A stretch of DNA of 64,000 bases, taken from positions 601,691 to 665,690 of the forward strand of contig CBDCQG010000001.1 in NCBI GenBank assembly GCA_965220565.1, in the 5' to 3' direction. A program made the translations under genes and the position numbers. This document shows, piece by piece, positions 43,829 to 50,620 of the stretch (position 1 is its first letter; the number at the start of each line of letters is the position of its first letter). The DNA comes from Dehalococcoidia bacterium. GTDB taxonomy: Bacteria > Chloroflexota > Dehalococcoidia > UBA6926. The notes beneath the pieces are model-generated. The model saw only the letters and a program-made list of their open reading frames with translations. It ran no database searches and had not been told where the DNA came from.

Positions 43829-44905
43829 CTATCCTCCCACCAGTTCGGCCATCGACTCCACGGCGTCCACGAATCGGGGGCCGGGAGCCTGGATGAACAG
43901 CGTCGCGTCAATCTCATGCACGTTCCCCATCTGGACGGCGGTCAGGAAGCCGGTCATGGGATTCGCGACGAATATGTCCGCAAATCGCGGAGCCGGCGGG
44001 GGCGCAGGCGTGATGGTGAAGATGTAGTCCGGGTTGATGATCGCCAACTGTTCGGGCGGCAGCAGGGCAAAGCCGGGGAAGCGCTGCCCATCGGCCATGT
44101 CTGCGGCAGGATTGACGAATCCAAGCTCAGCCGCGATCGCCCCGGTATAGGACGTCGGCTTGGCCGCATACAGGTTCTGTTCCTCATCGGGAATGAGGAT
44201 GAGCATTGTGGTTCCGTCCGGCACCATTGCGGTGGCAGCCTCGACCCGTTCTGCAATCGACGCCTTCAATTCCTCGGCGGCCTCTTGCTGATCGACAATC
44301 ATGCCGACCAGATCGATGCCGTCGTACACGTCCTGCAAAGAGGTCACCTGCAGGCCAACCACCGGGACTCCGATCTGGGCCAGCGCCTGCGCGTGGCGGC
44401 CCTGGGTCAGTCCCTCAAAGAGGATGAGGTCCGGGGTCTGCTCGGCGATCAACTCCATGCTTGGCGTATAGGACGGCCCCACGTCAGGCAGTTGGTTGAC
44501 TTCCGGGGGATACCTGGAACTGGAGTCCCTGACGACTGCTGAGCCTCCAACTGCGTAGAGAAACTCGGTCGTTGTTGGACTGATGCTGGCGATGCGCTGC
44601 GGAGGTTCAGGTAACGTGACGGGCCTGCCCAGCATATCCGTGACGGTGAGAGGGTACTCCACCATGGACATGGAATCATCCATGTCATCATCCATCGGTT
44701 CAGGAGTCGCGGTGGGCTCCTGCGTTGCCGTTGGCGGGGGAGCCTCAGTGGGAGCGGCCGTCGGTTCGATAACACTGGTCGCTGTTGGGTCGACAATGGT
44801 CTGCAGGCTCGGAGTCGCCGTCGGATCGTCCTCGCGGCCACAGGCAATAGCTGCTAGTAGACCAACCGCCAGGACAAGCAGTATCGCCAGCTTCACTTTC
44901 ATCAT
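43829..44905 (-). CDS. Lipoprotein, class-III (BtuF/FepB-like) substrate-binding protein
   Basis: Lipobox AAIAC, a Pro/Thr-rich linker, then RIASISPTTTEFLYAVGG and a PDLILF-type motif. Confidence 0.85.
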   Translation of the reverse strand: MMKVKLAILLVLAVGLLAAIACGREDDPTATPSLQTIVDPTATSVIEPTAAPTEAPPPTATQEPTATPEPMDDDMDDSMSMVEYPLTVTDMLGRPVTLPEPPQRIASISPTTTEFLYAVGGSAVVRDSSSRYPPEVNQLPDVGPSYTPSMELIAEQTPDLILFEGLTQGRHAQALAQIGVPVVGLQVTSLQDVYDGIDLVGMIVDQQEAAEELKASIAERVEAATAMVPDGTTMLILIPDEEQNLYAAKPTSYTGAIAAELGFVNPAADMADGQRFPGFALLPPEQLAIINPDYIFTITPAPPPAPRFADIFVANPMTGFLTAVQMGNVHEIDATLFIQAPGPRFVDAVESMAELVGG

Positions 44906-44972
44906 GCAGTACAGGGCTCCTCTCTTTATCCGTATAACGATATGTTTAGTCAGATTAACATGAATCGTCGTT

Positions 44973-44988
44973 TGTGAAAAGTCTCACA
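44973..44988. promoter_or_regulatory. CRP/FNR-type palindrome TGTGA-N6-TCACA
   Basis: Exact TGTGA (44973-44977), AAAGTC, TCACA (44984-44988), 68-83 nt upstream of the SBP start codon at 44905. Confidence 0.35.
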
Positions 44989-45015
44989 CGTACACGTCCG
45001 TAGAGGCCGTGTGTA

Positions 45016-45273
45016 TCAGTCAGTCCGGGGCAAGTCTCGAATCCGAAGCATCACGTCTGCTACGTCGTAAGCCTTGCGAGCGACAGCGACCAGCTTCTCC
45101 TCTTCAAGCGTCACGTAGATCGAAACGTCGCCCATGAACTGCACGCTTGCTCCGACGATTGCCTGCATCGCGCGCGCGGCTAGTTCGTCTCGCAGTTCCA
45201 TCTCGTGCTCCCCGCGCCCGTCCTGCTCTCGTTCCGCCGTGCGCTCGTGCAGGTGCTTCTCGTTACTCACCAT
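45016..45273 (-). CDS. Small hypothetical protein (85 aa)
   Basis: Codon usage looks genuine. The segment ARAMQAIVGAS...VARKAYDVADVML weakly recalls small phage-associated proteins. This is from memory only, and there is no clear SD. Confidence 0.45.
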   Translation of the reverse strand: MVSNEKHLHERTAEREQDGRGEHEMELRDELAARAMQAIVGASVQFMGDVSIYVTLEEEKLVAVARKAYDVADVMLRIRDLPRTD

Positions 45274-45365
45274 GGTTAGACCGACAGTAGATACTATAAG
45301 GATTTCCGTATACCAGACGCGTGAACTTAAGCCGTTCGACGTGTCATTTCTATACAGAATTCCGA

Positions 45366-47678
45366 TTAGGGGCAGAAAGAAAGACCGAGCTGCGAGAGGT
45401 CATTGTTCGGCACAGTCCGCAGCCGATCCGGAACGCACCCACTCAATTGGTTGCCGGAGAGGTAAAGACTCACCAAGTTGGAGAGGCTGCCCAGTTCCAA
45501 AGGTATCTTACCGCTCAACTGGTTGCCGTGAAGCACCAACACCTTGAGATTGGACAGGCTTCCCAGTTCCGGCGGTATCGACCCACTCAATCGGCTGCTA
45601 TTGAGGTCTAACTGTTCCAGCTTGGACAGGCTTCCCAATTCCGGCGGTATCGGCCCGCTCAGCCGGTTGATATTGAGGTGCAGCCAAATCAAGTTGGAGA
45701 GGCTGCCCAGTTCCGAGGGTATCGAACCGCTCAACTGATTACCCAGGAGGTGAAGCACTTCCAGCTTGGACAGGTTGCCCAATTCCGGCGGGATTAGCCC
45801 GCTCAGCTCGTTGAAGCCCAGGTCCAGCCATTGGAGATTGTCGAGGTTGCCCAGTTGCGGGGGAATTACTCCTACCAGACTGTTGTTGCGCAGGACTAGT
45901 TCCGTCACGCGCACACTGCCGTCGGTGGTGACGCCGTACCATTCCCCAATGGGCTCGTCACTCAGCCAGTTGGTGTTGTCGTCCCAGTCTTCGCCAGCGG
46001 TCGCGTTGTAGAGGGCCACCAATGCGACCCGATCAACCTCGACAGGGGAGGGAGTGCTGCTCCCCTGGGAACAGAAGGGAAGGCCCAGGGCGTCGAAGTC
46101 GTTGTACGGCACATTCATGAGAGCGTCAGGAATGCAGCCGGTTAGATCATTGCCTGCGAGATACAGTTCATCCAGAGAAGTCAGGTTGCCTAACTCCGGC
46201 GGGATTGGCCCGCTCAGTTGGTTGGTGTCGAGGTACAGCCATTCAAGGTTGGCGAGGTTGCCCAACTCGGGCGGTATCCGCCCGCTCAACCGGTTGTCGC
46301 TGAGCACCATCCCCTGAAGATTGGCAAGGTTGCCGAGTTCCGGCGGGATCGATCCACTCAACCGGTTGCTGTAGAGGTCCAGCGATTGCAGGCTGACAAG
46401 GTTGCCGAGTTCGGGCGGAATTGGCCCGCTCAGTTGGTTCTCGCTGAGTTCCAGCCGTGTCACGCTGGCGAGGTTGCCGAGTTCGGGCGGGATCATGCCC
46501 ATCAACCCGTTGTCGGAGAGGGACAGGCTGATGACGTCTACAAGGCCCCTGTTGGCCCACCAGCCGATGCAGCACCATTCCTCGAGAGATCTGTCGCTTA
46601 GCCAATTCTCGTTGTCATCCCAATTGGCGCCGCCGGTCGCGTTGTAGAGGGCGATCAGCGCCTCCCGGTCCGTTTCGACCGGGAGCGACAGCAGCGGGGA
46701 CAGATCGAATGCAATCCGGCTTGTTCCGTCCGAGAACTGCCAGGTAAACCCGGTTGCGTCTTCAGGCAGGTTTTCATATTCAAGGGTGAACGTAACGGTT
46801 GTTCCGGGAGAAATCGAATCTCTGGTTCCCCCTGATCGAGCACATCCTTTGGTGTCATATCGCACGTCGGTCTGACCATGAAGACTCATATCGGAGAGAC
46901 AATTCGGCATTGGTGACGAGTCAGGGCCAACATTGCGGACTTCCGCCCGCACAGAGAGAGTGCCCCCATCGAACCTGGATGCGCGTGTAACCGTGATCTC
47001 ATAGACACCCACGCGCGCGCTTTCACCGGCGGCGTAGGTGCCCAGCAGGGTTCCCGGCTCATCGATCTCTGTCGTGCCGGCGCTGTCGTCGCTGTCGGCG
47101 CAGCCTGAATCAATCAGCCGACGCCGTGTTTCAGCGGGCAGTCCACTCTCGATCTGGGTCAATTCTTCCTGGAGCTCCGCTGTACCGAACAACAGGAGAA
47201 TGAACTCGGGACCCAGCCCGCTGTCTGCCGGCTGAGCATCGAGCGCAACCTTGAACCCCTCCAGGATTTCCAGCCTCTTGTTGTGCCAATCGGCAAGCTC
47301 GTCCGGAGGCAAGAGTGCAGAGGTTGCCTCAACCTGCGCCGCGATAATGGCTGAAAGGTCTCCATACGTGACATCGTCAAACGACTCTGCTGCGCCTGTA
47401 CTGAACGCGTCCTCCGCTCCTGCGGCGGCCGCGCCGCACGCCGTGATGTAATCGTCAAGCGATACCTTCTCAGGTGCGGGAGTAGACGTTGGGGCAGCCG
47501 TCGGCGTCGCGGTGGGCGTGTTGGTCGGTGCGGGCGCAGGGGTCGCCGTTGGCGTCGCTGTTGGTGCGGCTGTGGGTATAGGTGTGGGCGTGGGCTCTGC
47601 GGAGCATCCGATGAGGAAAACCGCCAGGAGCCCGATGCTGAGAACCAGGAGACTCCCGGTGAACTTCGTCATGACCAC
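45366..47678 (-). CDS. Lipoprotein with two modules of plant-type 24-residue leucine-rich repeats (6 + 7 LRRs)
   Basis: Lipobox LIGC and a Pro/Thr/Ala linker. A helical region and a beta-rich region follow. There are two LRR modules (aa 335-536 and 547-770). Each opens with DR.AL.ALYNAT.G..WDDN.NWLSD and closes with G.IPD.L..VP.ND...LGL.FC. The repeat unit is L..L.L..N.LSG.IPPELGNL. Confidence 0.9.
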   Translation of the reverse strand: MVMTKFTGSLLVLSIGLLAVFLIGCSAEPTPTPIPTAAPTATPTATPAPAPTNTPTATPTAAPTSTPAPEKVSLDDYITACGAAAAGAEDAFSTGAAESFDDVTYGDLSAIIAAQVEATSALLPPDELADWHNKRLEILEGFKVALDAQPADSGLGPEFILLLFGTAELQEELTQIESGLPAETRRRLIDSGCADSDDSAGTTEIDEPGTLLGTYAAGESARVGVYEITVTRASRFDGGTLSVRAEVRNVGPDSSPMPNCLSDMSLHGQTDVRYDTKGCARSGGTRDSISPGTTVTFTLEYENLPEDATGFTWQFSDGTSRIAFDLSPLLSLPVETDREALIALYNATGGANWDDNENWLSDRSLEEWCCIGWWANRGLVDVISLSLSDNGLMGMIPPELGNLASVTRLELSENQLSGPIPPELGNLVSLQSLDLYSNRLSGSIPPELGNLANLQGMVLSDNRLSGRIPPELGNLANLEWLYLDTNQLSGPIPPELGNLTSLDELYLAGNDLTGCIPDALMNVPYNDFDALGLPFCSQGSSTPSPVEVDRVALVALYNATAGEDWDDNTNWLSDEPIGEWYGVTTDGSVRVTELVLRNNSLVGVIPPQLGNLDNLQWLDLGFNELSGLIPPELGNLSKLEVLHLLGNQLSGSIPSELGSLSNLIWLHLNINRLSGPIPPELGSLSKLEQLDLNSSRLSGSIPPELGSLSNLKVLVLHGNQLSGKIPLELGSLSNLVSLYLSGNQLSGCVPDRLRTVPNNDLSQLGLSFCP

Positions 47679-47859
47679 CCCCTATACGCGCAATGAAGCG
47701 CCAAGAAGAACCTCTCACGCGCAGACTGACACTCCTGCCCGCGCTGCGTAAGGTTCGTGCGTACCTGCATCAAGGGGTGCTTTTGTATCCGGGCTCCGGC
47801 GGTGTGCCTGAACCTGCGCCCGCCGCCGGGCCGCAGACACTCACCGGGGTTGAAGGCTC

Positions 47860-48528
47860 TTAGTCGTCCAGTAAACCGTTCCGGACAGCCCAGACCACCA
47901 ACTCCTGCTTCGTCTCGATTCCCAGCTTGTCCTGGATGCCATAGATGGCGTTTCTGATCGTCAGGGGCCGATTGCCTCGCAGCTCGGCGATCTTCGCGTA
48001 AGGCAATCCCTGCGCAAACAGGGCGAGGATCTCGTGCTCCCTCTGCGTGAGCTTGCCGGACTCGAGCGCCTTCTCGCGCTGGACCGATGCGCGGATCTCG
48101 GTGAACACACGCTGCATCGCGTCGGCGGGTATGCGGTACTCGCCAACCGCAACGTCGCGAAGTGTGCGCAGAAGCTCCTCCTTGCCGGAGTATTTTTGAA
48201 GGTATCCCGTCGCGCCCGCGGCTATCGCTTCGACCACGGCATCTTCTTCCGATGCAGCTGTGAGGATCAGCACCCTCGTGTCCGGCAGTGCTTCGGCTAT
48301 CTCGCGGCAGGCGTCGATGCCGTTCTTTACGGGCATCATCACGTCCATGACGATGACATCGGGCTTGAGGCTCTGCGCCGCCCTCACCGCCGCTTCCCCG
48401 TCCTCCGCTTCGCCCACAACGTCAAAGTCGCCGGATCGCTGCAGCACCTCGCGCAGACCGTCGCGCATGATCTCGTGGTCGTCAACCAGCATCACCCTGG
48501 TCTGTGTGGCCTGCGCCAACCTAAACAC
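47860..48528 (-). CDS. NarL/LuxR-family response regulator
   Basis: REC domain (VMLVDDHEIMRDGL...VIVMDVMMP) plus a LuxR HTH (LTQREHEILALFAQGLPYAKIA). Confidence 0.9.
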   Translation of the reverse strand: MFRLAQATQTRVMLVDDHEIMRDGLREVLQRSGDFDVVGEAEDGEAAVRAAQSLKPDVIVMDVMMPVKNGIDACREIAEALPDTRVLILTAASEEDAVVEAIAAGATGYLQKYSGKEELLRTLRDVAVGEYRIPADAMQRVFTEIRASVQREKALESGKLTQREHEILALFAQGLPYAKIAELRGNRPLTIRNAIYGIQDKLGIETKQELVVWAVRNGLLDD

Positions 48529-49762
48529 CCCCCTGGTGAGTGCGGTACGGAATGGCGCAGGTTATCGTCGTGCCCGCCCCGGACTCGCCCGGGCCGGCGT
48601 CAAGACGACCTCCCATTCGCTCAGCGTCCGCTCGCATATTTCTGAAGCCATGCCCCCGGTTCGAGAAGCCTTCGGGGAGTCCAACGCCGTCGTCCGATAT
48701 GGACAGTTGGAGCCCGTCATCCTTGAAAGAGAGAAAGATGGTGACCTTCCCCGCCCGCGCGTGTCGGAACGCATTGGTCATTGCGTTGTGCGCTATTGAG
48801 AAAAGCAGGCTCCGGGTGACAGCAGGAAGCGGCGGCTCAACGCCGGACTGGACCACCTCCGCAGGAATCGATGTGATGGTGGAGAACGCCGAGGCGTGCG
48901 ACCTCAGAATGCGGCTCAATTCACGCCCCTCGAAAATGGGGCCGATCTCAATGGGATGCCGCAGCTCCCACATCGTCGACTTCGAGAGGGCATGCGTGGC
49001 GGACAGCTTGCCGACAAGCTCATCACGCTCCTTCTCATCCCGGCTCTCCGCAAGCTCAATGGCCGTCTCGATGCCCAGGCCGATCATGTATGCGGACTGG
49101 CCGATGGTGTCATGTATCGTCTGCGAGAGTTCGATGCGCTCTCGCTGCAGCTCTCGCTCCCGTTCCACCGCCTCTATCCTTCTGATCCGCTCAAACCTGA
49201 AGACCAGGTTCACGGCGGCGACCACCGAATACATGATGGCGATTCTGATGAACAGGATTTTCTCCTCCTTGATTGCGAAGTTCACGCCGGGCTCCATCAT
49301 CAGGCTCATTGCTGCGTATGCAGCTGCAATCAGCGTGGCCCAGGCAAAGCTGAGCCTGAACGATGTGAACACCACGGCGAATATGGCGAGGGTGGGGTAA
49401 TACAGCACGAAGAAGTTGTTGTGGAACCCGCTGCCGGAGACCATGATGCCCGCCGTGATGATCACTGCGTCCATCGCCGCAAGAGCCAACGCCCAGCGCC
49501 ATGTGACCGACCGGTTGGACAGGATGCGGTAATGAATGTAGGCATTGAAGGCCAGCGCCAACGCGGCAAAGATCGTGGTCGGTAGATACGCCGGATGCGC
49601 GAAGTTTGGCCGATAGTTGAATTGCAGCAGCCACGCCGTCAGGAGGAACCATCGCACCCATACCGAAATCTTCACTCCGTACAGCAGATCGTCCGAGCCA
49701 ACCCGACCGAGAGGCCGAAAGAACTCTGAAACAATGCCTCGTGACGCGATCCGCGAAATCAA
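48521..49762 (-). CDS. Sensor histidine kinase (HisKA_3, NarX/DesK-like) with a multi-TM N-terminus
   Basis: About 5-6 TM helices, the H-box LSQTIHDTIGQS, and HATPase motifs (NAFRHA, DDGVGLP, GHGFRNM). It overlaps the regulator start by 8 nt. Confidence 0.9.
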   Translation of the reverse strand: MISRIASRGIVSEFFRPLGRVGSDDLLYGVKISVWVRWFLLTAWLLQFNYRPNFAHPAYLPTTIFAALALAFNAYIHYRILSNRSVTWRWALALAAMDAVIITAGIMVSGSGFHNNFFVLYYPTLAIFAVVFTSFRLSFAWATLIAAAYAAMSLMMEPGVNFAIKEEKILFIRIAIMYSVVAAVNLVFRFERIRRIEAVERERELQRERIELSQTIHDTIGQSAYMIGLGIETAIELAESRDEKERDELVGKLSATHALSKSTMWELRHPIEIGPIFEGRELSRILRSHASAFSTITSIPAEVVQSGVEPPLPAVTRSLLFSIAHNAMTNAFRHARAGKVTIFLSFKDDGLQLSISDDGVGLPEGFSNRGHGFRNMRADAERMGGRLDAGPGESGAGTTITCAIPYRTHQGGV

Positions 49763-49826
49763 GCCCTTACTCCCAGCGTAGCCCGCTCACGGGCGCCGAC
49801 AAGGTTCAACTGCACCTTCGGAGACG

Positions 49827-49857
49827 GGTACAAAAATCTCCCGAGGCTCGGTACAAA
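49827..49857. promoter_or_regulatory. Direct repeat GGTACAAA x2 in a divergent promoter region
   Basis: GGTACAAA at 49827-49834 and 49850-49857 (23-nt register), between the kinase start (49762) and the membrane-protein start (49877). Confidence 0.25.
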
Positions 49858-49876
49858 TGAACCTTGAAGCGCCGTT

Positions 49877-50428
49877 GTGATACGGGCTACCGTCACCGTG
49901 ATCGTCACGGCGTCGGAAAGGAGGACCGCATTGCCTGCACCGGCCAGGTTCCTGCTGTTGGGAGGATTGGCCCTCCTCGTCCTCAGTATCGGCGCGTTCG
50001 GCGTCAGCTGCGTTGCCGCCCTGACCACGATCAACGACGCGGCTACCGGCAACCCTGTCGGCCTATCGGAAGACATCTGGGTTGCGGGCTTCCTCATAAC
50101 CATCGTCTCATTCGCACTCGGCATCCTGATGATCATCGCGGGCGCCATCCTGAAGATGTTCGTCCCCGCTGCAGACGGCAAGGCTGATTTTGGGACCGTC
50201 TGGTCAAGCGAGAGGAAGCAGGGGAAGGGCTTCTGGCTGCTGGTCTCCATCGTCCCGGCGATATTCCTAGCCATAATCATGCTGGCGCTCGGGTATCCCT
50301 ATGAGGGAACAGGTGGTGGTTTCATGGCCATCGTGGCCGGACTCATTGCCGTCTATTGTGTCTGCGCGCTGGCGGCCGGAACCGTGCTCATCATCATGGG
50401 AACCAGGGAAACTGACCGCCTGCAGTAA
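49877..50428 (+). CDS. Hypothetical membrane protein (about 4 TM helices)
   Basis: 183-aa hydrophobic ORF divergent from the NarL-type pair. No recognisable motif; GTG start is uncertain. Confidence 0.55.
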   Translation: MIRATVTVIVTASERRTALPAPARFLLLGGLALLVLSIGAFGVSCVAALTTINDAATGNPVGLSEDIWVAGFLITIVSFALGILMIIAGAILKMFVPAADGKADFGTVWSSERKQGKGFWLLVSIVPAIFLAIIMLALGYPYEGTGGGFMAIVAGLIAVYCVCALAAGTVLIIMGTRETDRLQ

Positions 50429-50483
50429 GCTAACACTTTCTATGTGCCAAACGTGTTCCATTCCGGTGATTTATGTATCAATT

Positions 50484-50512
50484 TTGCGCCAATTCCTCGG
50501 AACCGCTACAAT
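50484..50512 (+). promoter_or_regulatory. Candidate sigma-70-type promoter of the fused kinase-regulator gene
   Basis: TTGCGC (50484-50489), a 17-nt spacer, then TACAAT (50507-50512), in an AT-richer spacer about 108 nt upstream of ATG 50621. The RBS is GAGAGGAAAA. Confidence 0.45.
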
Positions 50513-50620
50513 CGGAAGCAACGGAGCGTGACGTCTCTCTGAATAGGCCAAAGCCTGGAATGGCCTCACGGCGGAGTCATCCGGACGCTCCGGTCGCCCG
50601 CCGAGGGTTCGAGAGGAAAA

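Noticed and set aside
44906-45015. Possible cobalamin riboswitch upstream of the BtuF-like operon
   Set aside because: The spacer is only 110 nt, is AT-rich, and lacks a B12-box-like element. That is too short for the ~200-nt riboswitch.
45369-46676. Regular 72-nt periodic DNA repeats that could be mistaken for a CRISPR-like or tandem-repeat array
   Set aside because: The periodicity is the 24-codon LRR unit of a continuous ORF. The repeats are diverged at third positions and have no spacer structure.
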